From positions 1 through 36,231 of IMG/VR virus record IMGVR_UViG_3300025015_000079: a DNA stretch of 36,231 bases; one strand, written 5' to 3'. The stretch comes from a virus. Taxonomy: Duplodnaviria > Caudoviricetes. This document shows, in pieces, positions 7,476 to 16,851 of the stretch (within the stretch, counting starts at the first letter, position 1; every line of letters begins with the position of its first letter). A model generated the notes under the pieces. It saw nothing but the letters and a program-made list of their open reading frames with translations. It was not told the origin of the DNA and did no database searches. A program made the translations under genes and the position numbers.

Positions 7476-7760
7476 TTACCCCTCGTACGCGCTGGGTGAT
7501 GCGACGGCCTGCCGGGCGACGCGGAACTCGTAAGCCAAGACCTCCTCCGACACGACCTTGTAGATGTACGAGGCCGCGTCGTTAGCGTCGGGACGACCGA
7601 CAGGCCAAGCACCGCCGCCCGGATAGGGCTGTGTCGCTTTGAGGAAGTCTTGCAGCCTCGTTAGTGCTCCGTTGCCAACAGTCTTTCCACCGGGATAGGC
7701 GAGGTTGTCAGCGCGAGCGGGAAAGCTGGTCGCTTCCTTGATTTGCGTGTTCGTCGCCAT
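7476..7760 (-). CDS. hypothetical protein (tail-associated position)
   Basis: AGGAG RBS; follows the fibre gene. Confidence 0.7.
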   Translation of the reverse strand: MATNTQIKEATSFPARADNLAYPGGKTVGNGALTRLQDFLKATQPYPGGGAWPVGRPDANDAASYIYKVVSEEVLAYEFRVARQAVASPSAYEG

Positions 7761-7769
7761 ATCGTTCTC

Positions 7770-8879
7770 CTACGCCTTGGTCGGGTACACGGTGAAGTAG
7801 TACGGCGTGCCGCCGATGTCGATCTCGATGTCGAGCTGCGTACCGCTGAGGGCGGAGGCGGAGGCGTTCTTGAGGTTCTTGAGGACCATGCCGCTTGCGC
7901 CGGTTCCGGACGAACCCAACACCGCACTGGCCCTTGCTATCGAGTTGCCTGCAGCGTCCCACCGCCAGACCTCGCGGATGCCGTCAGGGTTTCCGCCACC
8001 CGGATGCGTGCGGACCACGACCGCGGCCCCAATGTCGCTTGTAGCAGGGGACGCGTCATCAACCTCGAAGATGATGTCGGCAAGGGTCGTAACGTAGTCG
8101 GTTCCATCGTCCGCGACTGCCCGAAGCACGCCGAGAATGTCGTCGTCCGCGACGATGGTGAAAGAGCCGATAGTCGCGTTCCGTGATTTCACAAAGTAGG
8201 CGACAGGGCCATTAACGTCCGCAGACCACCGCCCAAGTATCGTGGACGCATCCGCCGCGGCTGTCCCTAGGACTTGCACCTCCGACGTGTCGCCAGCGGC
8301 AGACACCTGCGCCGTGTGGCCGACGATCAGGCCGTACCCGTTGGCAACCGAGATGTCGCCCGTAAAGCCGTGATAGCCGGTCCCGACAACAAGCGAGTTG
8401 TAAAGCTGGTTCGTGCCGTCGTACTGGATGGTCGCGTCGCCGCCTGTACCAAAAGTCAGCGCGACGCTGTCGTTGAATGTCTTGGCCGCCGTGATCGCTT
8501 GGGCAAGGCCCAGCGTCATCAGCGTGTCGGTGCCCGTGATGACCGGCAGGTTGAGCTGGCGGTCCGCGGTGATCGCACCGGGCACGATGTCGTAATCAAA
8601 AGTGAAGGCAGGATTGCGAACACGAAGCGTCTGGACTTCCAGTGCCGTGAACTGCGCCGACGCGTCGTACATGTGCCAGCGGACACTTGAGCCGTTCGTG
8701 ATCCGAACGTCGTAACGCCCCTCGGTCGCGTGCGAGAACGCCCAGTAGCCGTTCGCGTCGGTGGTCGTCGTCGCGAGCACCGGCGTCGTGGTGTTGCGGG
8801 CCAATAAATCAACAGTTGCCCCCTCGATAGGAACACCCGCATTTGTAAAGAGGAACGAAGCCAGTAATTGCGTCGCCAT
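7770..8879 (-). CDS. tail fibre/spike-like virion protein
   Basis: N-terminal prealbumin-like motif GVPIEGATV...TTTDANGYWAF; Gly/Thr/Ala-rich beta repeats; position after tail genes. Confidence 0.65.
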   Translation of the reverse strand: MATQLLASFLFTNAGVPIEGATVDLLARNTTTPVLATTTTDANGYWAFSHATEGRYDVRITNGSSVRWHMYDASAQFTALEVQTLRVRNPAFTFDYDIVPGAITADRQLNLPVITGTDTLMTLGLAQAITAAKTFNDSVALTFGTGGDATIQYDGTNQLYNSLVVGTGYHGFTGDISVANGYGLIVGHTAQVSAAGDTSEVQVLGTAAADASTILGRWSADVNGPVAYFVKSRNATIGSFTIVADDDILGVLRAVADDGTDYVTTLADIIFEVDDASPATSDIGAAVVVRTHPGGGNPDGIREVWRWDAAGNSIARASAVLGSSGTGASGMVLKNLKNASASALSGTQLDIEIDIGGTPYYFTVYPTKA

Positions 8880-8880
8880 G

Positions 8881-9462
8881 TTAAGGACCTACTTCTCCAA
8901 GAACATCGACTCCTGAGGCGCCCCGCGAGCCAGGCATTGTTGATACACAGCCAGATCGCCCGCAGACGCATTCACAACGCGCCTGCTTCCAAGAACCGTG
9001 CTGCCGCTGTCTGCGCTTCCGTCCCGATAACGCAGTGCAGGCACGGCAATGCCTTCTGCCAGCACGCGTGACATATGTGTTGGCATCGTCGAAAGGATGT
9101 CCGCGTAGGCAGTGCGTTTTAAGTCGCCAGAAATCGCTAAGAACCTGACTAGACTTGCCGCGGCGATTATTCTCAGCGCGTGTAACGGGTTCTAGGTGTG
9201 CCGGATTGACACAGGCACGAACGCGACAGAGATGATCTATTTCAAGGCCCGCAGCGATCGGCCCGACTAGAAGTTCATAGCTGACCCGATGCGCCTTCTG
9301 GGTTCTTGATAACTTCCGCCCGCCCCCGCTTCGAATCACTCCATAACCGTCATTCACGTTATCTTTGGCACCACGCCATATCCAACAGGAACTTCCATTC
9401 CACAGGGGGCCGGTTTTCTCGACCATTGCCCGGAAGCGTGCCTCTAACGTTTGCGTTGCCAA
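8881..9462 (-). CDS. HNH homing endonuclease
   Basis: CWIW..GYG..AHRVSY...IDHLCRVRACVNPAHLEPVTRAEN; KTHCLRGH..CRAC; more AT-rich than flanks. Confidence 0.92.
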   Translation of the reverse strand: MATQTLEARFRAMVEKTGPLWNGSSCWIWRGAKDNVNDGYGVIRSGGGRKLSRTQKAHRVSYELLVGPIAAGLEIDHLCRVRACVNPAHLEPVTRAENNRRGKSSQVLSDFWRLKTHCLRGHPFDDANTYVTRAGRRHCRACTALSGRKRRQRQHGSWKQARCECVCGRSGCVSTMPGSRGASGVDVLGEVGP

Positions 9463-9463
9463 G

Positions 9464-9772
9464 CTAAGACCTCACGATCGCGACCCAGTCGATGCGGTCG
9501 TTATTGACAGTGGCGTCGGCGTAGAACGTACTTAGCGGGACCGAGCCCTCGCCAAAGTCCAGTGACAGGTGCGCTATTGGGCGGGCGGCTACCGGGATCT
9601 CGAACTCCCAACTATTCGTAGCCAGCGCCACGTCAGACAACCCGATGAACATGCGCCCCGTGTTCCCAGCGCGCGTCTGGAACTGGATCTTCTTCACCTG
9701 GTCAGCCGTGGCGCTGAGCTGCACGCGAGTCGTCGCCGTCGAGACCTGAGTCGAGCCAAAGATCACCCTCAT
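9464..9772 (-). CDS. small virion structural protein (putative)
   Basis: beta-rich; within the tail cluster. Confidence 0.6.
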   Translation of the reverse strand: MRVIFGSTQVSTATTRVQLSATADQVKKIQFQTRAGNTGRMFIGLSDVALATNSWEFEIPVAARPIAHLSLDFGEGSVPLSTFYADATVNNDRIDWVAIVRS

Positions 9773-11653
9773 CTAAGCCTCAATGCACGTCACGGTGGAT
9801 TTCCCCCGTTCGTCGTGCCCGGTAGCCTCAAGGCCCGTGGCCTGCACCACGTCGACGTAGTAGTTGCGATCCCCACCGGAGTCGTCGCGGAACGTCAACT
9901 CGACCAGCGTCGTGGTCTCCACAGCGGTAATCAGGGCGGCGCGCCGTTCTGCGGGCGACCGTCCGCCGTAGACGGGCACGGTGAAGTCGATCTCGAACTC
10001 ATGGCCGTACTTCGCCGGCAGTTTCTTGCGGTAGATCAGCGCCATCGACAGCACGTCGGGCTTTAGCGTCGTGGTCGAACCACGAGCGAGCGCGACCCTG
10101 AAGCGGATCGCCCGGAAGTCCGTGCCTGTGGGCGTTGACGAGTCGGGAAACAGGTAACTCGTGACGCCATTGGAGGAGATCACGCCCAACTGCGTGTAGG
10201 AGGCCGAGTAGTTCGAGCCGTAGGAGATCGTGGCCGTCTCGGTCGCCGTGGCCCCGGCAAGCTCAACCCGTAGTTCAAGGGCCGTCTTGGTGACTTCGAT
10301 CTGGCCTGCGTCGAACCACGGCGTCTCGTGTTCGGCTGAGGCCGCGTAGGCGAACGTTGTGATCTCGTTCGGGTTCACGATGTCCCGCGGGATCGACATG
10401 TAGTAGATGCGCTGGTTGTGCGCCCACCACAGGCGATAGGTCGAGTAGGCGTTCGAGACATGGGCGTAGGTGATCGCCGCTGCGTTTTCCCCGCCGAGCC
10501 ACTTGACTTCCCACGCCCCGCCATCCCAGCCCAGGATGTGAGAGAAGCCCGTGTCGACGTCGATCACGTCGGCCGCGTTCGGCGCGTTCTCTGCGCTGAA
10601 GTCGTCAAACTCGCCGGGCGCGGTCGTGGCGTCGAAGATCGCCAGAAGCTCGTTGGGCGTCGAGAGTAGTTGGCGAATGACGCCGCGCTTGTCCGAGGGC
10701 AAGCCGTCGTCGCGGTCCGGCCCCATGACGGAGACGGCCGCGCCCGGCCCCTCACCTGCCCCGTAGCGGTGGATGCCGTTGCCGGACGAGTAGTACAGGG
10801 CGTCGCGCCAGCGGGCAAACCCCTTGCCGCTGTCGGGATGCGGGGGGATCGCCAACTCCACCTCGTGGAACACCCCGTTGTCGTTGTCGTAGGCGTAGGG
10901 GCCGTAGGTGGTCGCCGCGTACAGGGCCAGCGTGCCGTCTGCGAGGCGGCCAACCTCAAGGTTGGTCACGGAGTTGTTGGGCAAGGGAAGCTGGCCCGCG
11001 TTCGTTTCTGTCCCGATGGCGGTCGAGAACCAGAGTTGGCCTGTGAAGTCGATCCCCCACAGGCGATCGTCCCAGTAGGAAAGGAACTGCGTGTCCTTCG
11101 TGTCGTCGTTGAAGGAAGCGCCGTCGCTTGTGTAGGTATAGCCGCCGGGGGTTCCGGAGGTCACGAAGGCCAGATAGACGGTCCCGCCCATGCGAAACGT
11201 GATGGCGTCGGTCGCTATGGCGGGCAGGGTCGCAAGCGAGCTACCCCACGAGTCCGTCGTGTTGTTGTACTTGCGAACGTCGGTGCCAAAGGCGGCGTAG
11301 ATCTCGGAAGCCAGCTCCCCGATGGCCCCGACCGTGAAGACGCCGGTGACGCCGGACGCGGCCGTGGTGGTGGCAAGGGCAGGCGGTACAAGGTGGCCGT
11401 GGTAGCGCAACTGGCAAGTCGACCACCACGCACGATTTACTTGATCCGGCGTCCGCATCTTGTTGAGGCCGATGCCGTCGCGCCAGTTGTTCATCACGAG
11501 CACAGAGGCGCGCCGCTGGGAGTCGTAGCGGTAGTCGCCCGTGACCTGCTTTTCCGGGTATATCGAGGCGAGCGCCGACTTCACGCCGCCCGTGATGGGA
11601 TGAGGAACAGAGTTCAGCAGGACTTCGCCGGATTTCGCAACCGCTCCTGGCAT
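9773..11653 (-). CDS. tail nozzle/stabilisation-like beta-propeller protein
   Basis: 626 aa, beta-rich; WDDRLWG..LWFS and ETPWFDAG...K motifs seen in podovirus tail hub proteins; follows adaptor. Confidence 0.6.
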   Translation of the reverse strand: MPGAVAKSGEVLLNSVPHPITGGVKSALASIYPEKQVTGDYRYDSQRRASVLVMNNWRDGIGLNKMRTPDQVNRAWWSTCQLRYHGHLVPPALATTTAASGVTGVFTVGAIGELASEIYAAFGTDVRKYNNTTDSWGSSLATLPAIATDAITFRMGGTVYLAFVTSGTPGGYTYTSDGASFNDDTKDTQFLSYWDDRLWGIDFTGQLWFSTAIGTETNAGQLPLPNNSVTNLEVGRLADGTLALYAATTYGPYAYDNDNGVFHEVELAIPPHPDSGKGFARWRDALYYSSGNGIHRYGAGEGPGAAVSVMGPDRDDGLPSDKRGVIRQLLSTPNELLAIFDATTAPGEFDDFSAENAPNAADVIDVDTGFSHILGWDGGAWEVKWLGGENAAAITYAHVSNAYSTYRLWWAHNQRIYYMSIPRDIVNPNEITTFAYAASAEHETPWFDAGQIEVTKTALELRVELAGATATETATISYGSNYSASYTQLGVISSNGVTSYLFPDSSTPTGTDFRAIRFRVALARGSTTTLKPDVLSMALIYRKKLPAKYGHEFEIDFTVPVYGGRSPAERRAALITAVETTTLVELTFRDDSGGDRNYYVDVVQATGLEATGHDERGKSTVTCIEA

Positions 11654-12925
11654 CTAACTGACGACCCTCATGCCCGGAGTCCACGGGAGTGCGGCCTTCG
11701 CTTGGTCTGCGCGCTTGCCCCAGTAGGAGGCAAGGGAACGCAGCGCGTCGGGATCGGTCGATGGGCCGCCGCCTTGAGAAAGCAAGGTGCGTTCAGTGGC
11801 GCGGGCGATCACGAAGTCGTCGTCAATGGTGTTCGCGGTCGCATCCGCCGTGAGGAGGGACGGTGTGTTGCCGCCCGTGAGCTTCAACAGGCGACTGGGT
11901 GGAGCGTGGCGGAACACGAGATCGCGGGTGTTCTCCTCGGCCCGCCAGTTGTTGCGGTCCATGAGAACCCATGAGGCCGTCGAGTCGAGGACCCCCCGAA
12001 CGTCCGAGATCCAGACGGTGTTCGCCGCGATGTTCACGGCGGCGTTCAGGGCGACACTGATGATGGCGGTGTCGAGTTCGGGATTCCCAAGCGCGACCCG
12101 CACGAACGTCCACGTATCCGCGGCCAGTGCGGGGATCGAGAGGGTTTCGAGCGCAGAGACCGCGAGCGCCGTGTCGTCGAGCAGCAGCGTGAAGTCGCCC
12201 GCGGCGGTCGCGGTGGTGGACTTGACCCAGAACTCCACGTAGTCGTACCCGGACAGGTCGAGTGATGTGATCGCCTTCGAGGACACAACGCCGGTCGTGA
12301 AGCCCCCGGCGATGGTGAACTTGTTGGACGCGCCCCCAACCTTGTAGTCCTCGGTATCGACGACGCGGGTGACGTTTGCGGGAGCCGCCGCTTCGTCCCA
12401 CTCGGTCGCGGCGTCGTGGATCACCGTGCTCTCGACGGACCTGCGCGTGTACACCCCTGAGATCGCTGTGAGGGTGCTGGGAACGTCAAAGCGCGTCTGT
12501 CGGCCGTCGCCGTGGAGCGCAAGGCTCTCGACAGGCACGAAGGCCAGCCCCGTGACCTCGATGATCGCCTGGTTGATGTACTCGTTCACGATCTCGGGGT
12601 GGAGTTCGAGACCGGACTTCCCGATGAGCTGGAACGTGTCGTTGGCCGCGGTCGCGTCTGTGAGCGCGGGCGCGATGGTCAGCGTGGTCACGCTCGCGGC
12701 CACAGACGATGCGGTAACGGTTCGCAGCAGGTTGGCGTTGTTGGCTCCCGACGTGGGCCAGATGCGCCAGCCGCGGTAGTCGTCGGACGCGCCCAGCGCG
12801 AGCTGGTTCGTCACGACCGTCGTCGTCGTCCCGGTGGCCGAGGCGGTGATCTCGATGATCGCGCCGCAGTTATACAAAACCGAGGCACGGAGTTGTCTTC
12901 GGGTTCTCGCCGCCAAAACTGGCAT
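11654..12925 (-). CDS. head-tail adaptor-like protein with inserted carbohydrate-binding-like domain
   Basis: TRxxLR start, NEYINQAI helix, helical C-terminus; internal LDLSGYDYVEFWVKS...WTFVRV...VWISDVR beta-sandwich. Confidence 0.55.
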   Translation of the reverse strand: MPVLAARTRRQLRASVLYNCGAIIEITASATGTTTTVVTNQLALGASDDYRGWRIWPTSGANNANLLRTVTASSVAASVTTLTIAPALTDATAANDTFQLIGKSGLELHPEIVNEYINQAIIEVTGLAFVPVESLALHGDGRQTRFDVPSTLTAISGVYTRRSVESTVIHDAATEWDEAAAPANVTRVVDTEDYKVGGASNKFTIAGGFTTGVVSSKAITSLDLSGYDYVEFWVKSTTATAAGDFTLLLDDTALAVSALETLSIPALAADTWTFVRVALGNPELDTAIISVALNAAVNIAANTVWISDVRGVLDSTASWVLMDRNNWRAEENTRDLVFRHAPPSRLLKLTGGNTPSLLTADATANTIDDDFVIARATERTLLSQGGGPSTDPDALRSLASYWGKRADQAKAALPWTPGMRVVS

Positions 12926-13510
12926 CTAGGCCCGCTCTTCTAGATACTGAATCGCTTTGCGTATTCGTGGAAGGCTGTCGCCCAACCATCCAAGTGCCCT
13001 GTTGCAGTTGTCGCAGAGCAGGCCACGAACACGGCCCGTTGAGTGGTCGTGGTCTACTGACAGACATCGCCCACGGTGACGCCGTTGGCCCCGCTGACCG
13101 CCTCCGCAAATAGCACAGACACCATTCTGTTCAGCCAACATACGGGCGTAGTCCGCCTCAGTGATGCCAAAGCGGGAGACCAAGTCGGCAGCCCGGCGCT
13201 TGTCTTTAATGCGCTGGTAATACTCCCTACTGTGCTGACTGGTTCGAAGTTTCTGATCTGCCGAATAGGCGTCTTTTGTAGCTGCTTCGGGGTGCAATTC
13301 GCACCAACGAATAAAGGACATCACCGGTGTCTTGCCAGTTAGGGCGTGACGACGCTTACGGGCTCGCTCACGAGCCTCATTACGAATCCCCTCTGGGTCA
13401 GTTTCTCGACGCGCTTGGTAATGGGCTTTCGCGCGGGCGCGCATGGTCTCCCGATTGCGGGCGTAGTAGCTCTTCCACCAAGCCTGCCGTTTAGCCGTTA
13501 GGTTTGGCAT
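12926..13510 (-). CDS. endonuclease VII-type HNH nuclease
   Basis: YARMLAEQNGVCAICG...VDHDHSTGRVRGLLCDNCNRALG; more AT-rich than flanks. Confidence 0.92.
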   Translation of the reverse strand: MPNLTAKRQAWWKSYYARNRETMRARAKAHYQARRETDPEGIRNEARERARKRRHALTGKTPVMSFIRWCELHPEAATKDAYSADQKLRTSQHSREYYQRIKDKRRAADLVSRFGITEADYARMLAEQNGVCAICGGGQRGQRRHRGRCLSVDHDHSTGRVRGLLCDNCNRALGWLGDSLPRIRKAIQYLEERA

Positions 13511-13514
13511 GGGG

Positions 13515-14405
13515 TTAGAGCGCCAGTGCTCTGCGTCCTACGTTATAGAGCCGGGCGACCTGATCCGCGGTAAGGGCGATCTGGGTGAAGAAGGGGCCAA
13601 GCGGCCCGCCCGCCATCGTTCCGTCGAAGAAGTTGGCGTTTTCGGTGTCGCCCAGCTCTACAACCGATGTGGTGTCCCGCAGAGACGTGAAGTTGGCGTC
13701 GTCCGTGTCGGTGCTCGCGACCACCGCGCCATCTTGATAGAGGTTGATACCCGAGGCGTTCGCTGACCCGTCGTAGGTCGCGACCACGAAGACCCACGCG
13801 TTCTGAGACAGCGCATCGTCAGCCGCGGAGTCAATCGTGGCGTTCGGGGTCGTAGCGTCGGTTTCGTCCGAGAGGATGAGTTGGAGTTGGTCTGAGGCGT
13901 TGAGAATGAATCGCCACTCTCGCAGGTCCCCGGTCGCCGTGTACTTCGACAGGATGGCGGAGTTTGTGGCGTCCACCATGTTGACCCACGCCCCAACGCT
14001 AAAAGCTCCTGCGGCCCGTGACCAGTAGGCGTTGTCAGGGCTGTCCGCTTCGTTCGCCGCGCCATCGAACCGCAGAATGGGAATGACGCCCTGGTAACTG
14101 CCGGGACTCCCGAGGTTCAGGGCGGTGGTCCAACCACTCGGCGCCGAACTCCATGTAAAGGTCGCGTTGACGCCCGTGGACGTGGCTCGCTGAGTCGTAA
14201 ACGTGGTGGCTGAGGGCGTGCCGTGGTAGGCGTCGGCGAACGGCAGAATGGTGGCCGTCGTACCCAGAAGGCCGTAGACGGCTTCGTAGAGGGCAGCGTG
14301 GCGGGCCGCGTTCTCCTGCCAGCGATCCCCGTAGGTCGTTGCCGGACTCGTGAGGAGTCTGCGGTAGCCAAAGGGCCGGTAGACGGGGCCGTCATGTCCA
14401 GGCAT
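13515..14405 (-). CDS. LamG/concanavalin-A-like virion protein
   Basis: LRFDG, FSVGAWV, ILSK, WVFVVATYDG, LYQDG, FFDG. Confidence 0.85.
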   Translation of the reverse strand: MPGHDGPVYRPFGYRRLLTSPATTYGDRWQENAARHAALYEAVYGLLGTTATILPFADAYHGTPSATTFTTQRATSTGVNATFTWSSAPSGWTTALNLGSPGSYQGVIPILRFDGAANEADSPDNAYWSRAAGAFSVGAWVNMVDATNSAILSKYTATGDLREWRFILNASDQLQLILSDETDATTPNATIDSAADDALSQNAWVFVVATYDGSANASGINLYQDGAVVASTDTDDANFTSLRDTTSVVELGDTENANFFDGTMAGGPLGPFFTQIALTADQVARLYNVGRRALAL

Positions 14406-14407
14406 GG

Positions 14408-14794
14408 CTACCCCGCTACCTTGCTGAAGTACTCGACGTCGAGCGCGGCGTCAGTCACGCTCTGCCGTATCGCCCGGAAGTGCTGTATCTCGCTCCGTGA
14501 CTTGAGGAGGATGATGTCTCCCGGATCGGCCTGAATGCCTCGTGTGGAAGTGGGCGGATCGCCCGGACTCCGCGTGAACACGACGCTGGCAGTCCTCACG
14601 TAGATTTCTGCCGCGTGCGCCTCGTCGGGAGGGCTGGTGAGCGGAACTGCCGCGGTGCTCACGGCGAGGCCCCATTCGTTCTGGGTCAGCGCGAGACGCT
14701 CGGCGGTATCAAAAACCTCTACGGGGAGCGGGGCGTCCTTCGTGACGAACTCGCCGGGACGCCCGTCTGCGTCCGAGTGCCTGATGAGCACCAC
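14408..14794 (-). CDS. virion structural protein (putative)
   Basis: AAGGA RBS; PTSTRGI...GDIILL....I..FRAI...LDVEY. Confidence 0.65.
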   Translation of the reverse strand: MVLIRHSDADGRPGEFVTKDAPLPVEVFDTAERLALTQNEWGLAVSTAAVPLTSPPDEAHAAEIYVRTASVVFTRSPGDPPTSTRGIQADPGDIILLKSRSEIQHFRAIRQSVTDAALDVEYFSKVAG

Positions 14795-14852
14795 TACACA
14801 TTCCTTTCTGCCCTGTCGGGCGCGGGAGAAGCTACCCCGCTATTCGATTGTG

Positions 14853-15533
14853 CTAAGTACGGGCCACGATCACGTCGCCGGTGTCGAACTCGGCCCACTT
14901 CACGGAGAACAGGACTTCGTTGTCCACGTTGCCCACGATGACGTAGATCAGGAGCGACGCGGGTCCGATGAGGATGGGCGGCGTGAACTGCTTGGCCGAC
15001 CAGTGCGCCAGGCTCATGTTCCCGCTGTCGCCAAGGGCGGCCTGGTCGATCCGCCTGAACCAGATGGTGTCGTCGTCGGTGTTCGCAGAGGCGACGATCT
15101 GGGTGGAACCTGAGTAAGCGGAGGTTGACGAGGTACTGGGGTCGTCCTTCGCCATGTTGACGGGAGTGAGCGCGCCGCCGCCCGACGAGTACCTGACTCC
15201 GTCGTCGGTGCTGATACGGCACAGCCAGTCGCCCGCCGTTCCTGTGCCCTCGACGCCCAGCAGGACTTCCAGGGGGATGATGGTCGTGCCAGAGGGCACG
15301 TCGACCAAGATGGACGGGTTGACGTTGTCGGACCCCGGCGAGGTTTCGCCACAGAGGTCGCCTGTTTCCTGAACCGCGTGCGAGATGTTGAACACGTTGC
15401 CGTCGATGGCAAGCTGTGTCATCCAGTCGGGAACCACGAGCTCGCCGCGGCGGTTGCCACGCGCCAGCACCGGCTGCCCCTCACCTACGGCGTCGTAGGT
15501 GTTCTGCCTCATGCGAAGACGGATGTCGCTCAT
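14853..15533 (-). CDS. virion protein, paralogue C
   Basis: shares RQ...NRRGELV..W...LAxxGxVF...IIPL...P.L.GPASL....W.EF with 16129-17508. Confidence 0.75.
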   Translation of the reverse strand: MSDIRLRMRQNTYDAVGEGQPVLARGNRRGELVVPDWMTQLAIDGNVFNISHAVQETGDLCGETSPGSDNVNPSILVDVPSGTTIIPLEVLLGVEGTGTAGDWLCRISTDDGVRYSSGGGALTPVNMAKDDPSTSSTSAYSGSTQIVASANTDDDTIWFRRIDQAALGDSGNMSLAHWSAKQFTPPILIGPASLLIYVIVGNVDNEVLFSVKWAEFDTGDVIVART

Positions 15534-15575
15534 GTCGGTTTCTCCTCTATTTCTTGTGGAGTCTTTTGGCCGGGG

Positions 15576-15743
15576 CTACTGCTTCCGCGAAGACGCAAAG
15601 AGCTTCTTCTTCGGAGGCTCCGGGGCGGGGGCTTCGTGTACGTGGCTTTGCGCCGCGACACCTTCAAGGCGCGCCGTCAGCGCCGTCACCTGCTGCTTCA
15701 GCTCGGCCACGTCACTCACGAGTTGGTTCTTTACAGCGTCCAT
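15576..15743 (-). CDS. 55-aa coiled-coil protein (not in ORF track)
   Basis: AGGAG RBS; MDAVKNQLVSDVAELKQQVTALTARLE... Confidence 0.65.
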   Translation of the reverse strand: MDAVKNQLVSDVAELKQQVTALTARLEGVAAQSHVHEAPAPEPPKKKLFASSRKQ

Positions 15744-15774
15744 AGTCGGATGCTCCTGTTACGTAGCTTGGAGG

Positions 15775-16128
15775 TCATGCCGTGATTTCCTCTAGATCCA
15801 TCTGGACGGTCAGGTCGCGGGCGGTCCCTCCGCTATCCGCGGTCAGGACGGCCAGGGTGATGACCGCGCCCTCGTCCAGCATGTTTGAGGTGTAGATCAC
15901 ATCGCGGTCGTGCATCTCGGTGTTCCCCTTGACCACGCTGGGCTTGGTCGCAGAGAACAGGGAAGTTCCGTCTTCCCGGATGTCGAAGATCAGGTTCGAT
16001 CCACTGGGCGCGTTTTCTACCTGTGCCCACACGTGGGTCACCTTGTAGTTGCTGTCCATACGGAAGGCTGGCGCCGTAGACCGTGTGCCCACGGCGCCCG
16101 CGATGAACCATGTGAGCGTCTTGCTCAT
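15775..16128 (-). CDS. virion structural protein (putative)
   Basis: APSGSNLIFDI..DGTSLF...DLTV beta-sandwich pattern. Confidence 0.65.
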   Translation of the reverse strand: MSKTLTWFIAGAVGTRSTAPAFRMDSNYKVTHVWAQVENAPSGSNLIFDIREDGTSLFSATKPSVVKGNTEMHDRDVIYTSNMLDEGAVITLAVLTADSGGTARDLTVQMDLEEITA

Positions 16129-16842
16129 CTAGCGAATCTCGTCCGAGCTGAACTCGGCCCAAGTCGCCACCACGAACCCGGTGTTGCCCGCGGCCGTACC
16201 GCTGCCGACTGCTATGGCGATCGTGCCGGGAGCAGTCACCAGAGGCGCGTTCCCGTGGGTCAGCGCAGACCACTCGTAGAGGGTCCGGGGGGCCAGCGTT
16301 ACGTCCTGGTTGCTCGACGGATAGCCGCTCCGGTAGAACTCGTCCACGCCGGACTGCGTGTTGCCCACAGCCGAGTAGAGCGACTGGACTTGAGCGGCCG
16401 AGCCGCCGCGAAAGCCGTTGACGAAGTTGTTGACGTAGCCGCTCACCGTGGTCAGCGGGTTGGCCGCGAGCGCAGTCGACGTGCCCGTTCCAATGTCCAC
16501 GTTGGACGCATAGAACACAACCTCGTTGATCGTGGCGGCAGCAGCGGCCTCGAACACGATCCCCAAGTAGACCGGCATGAACACCTTGCCGGAGCCCGCG
16601 ACGTTCCGAATGGCGATCTCGGCGTCCTCAAGCACGAGAGCCGTCTGAGATGCGCCGAAGAACGTGACAGGCGCGGAGATCGAGCCCAGGTAGGCTGTGA
16701 ACAGCTTGCCTTCAAGGGCCAGCGAGATCAGCCACGGCATCGTGACGACTTCGCCGCGCCGATTGACACGAATCGGCGTCTTGGTGCCGTCCGAGCCTGC
16801 GGACGGGACGGACGTTTGTCTTACGGCAGTAATTGCGCCCAT
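16129..16842 (-). CDS. virion protein, paralogue B
   Basis: colinear with and strongly similar to 16852-17508. Confidence 0.8.
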   Translation of the reverse strand: MGAITAVRQTSVPSAGSDGTKTPIRVNRRGEVVTMPWLISLALEGKLFTAYLGSISAPVTFFGASQTALVLEDAEIAIRNVAGSGKVFMPVYLGIVFEAAAAATINEVVFYASNVDIGTGTSTALAANPLTTVSGYVNNFVNGFRGGSAAQVQSLYSAVGNTQSGVDEFYRSGYPSSNQDVTLAPRTLYEWSALTHGNAPLVTAPGTIAIAVGSGTAAGNTGFVVATWAEFSSDEIR

Positions 16843-16851
16843 GTCGTCCTC

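Noticed and set aside
12840-12925. Tat signal peptide on the adaptor (TRRQLRASVLYNCGAIIEITASA)
   Set aside because: Weak h-region containing Asn and Glu; TRxxLR is a common start for adaptor-type proteins
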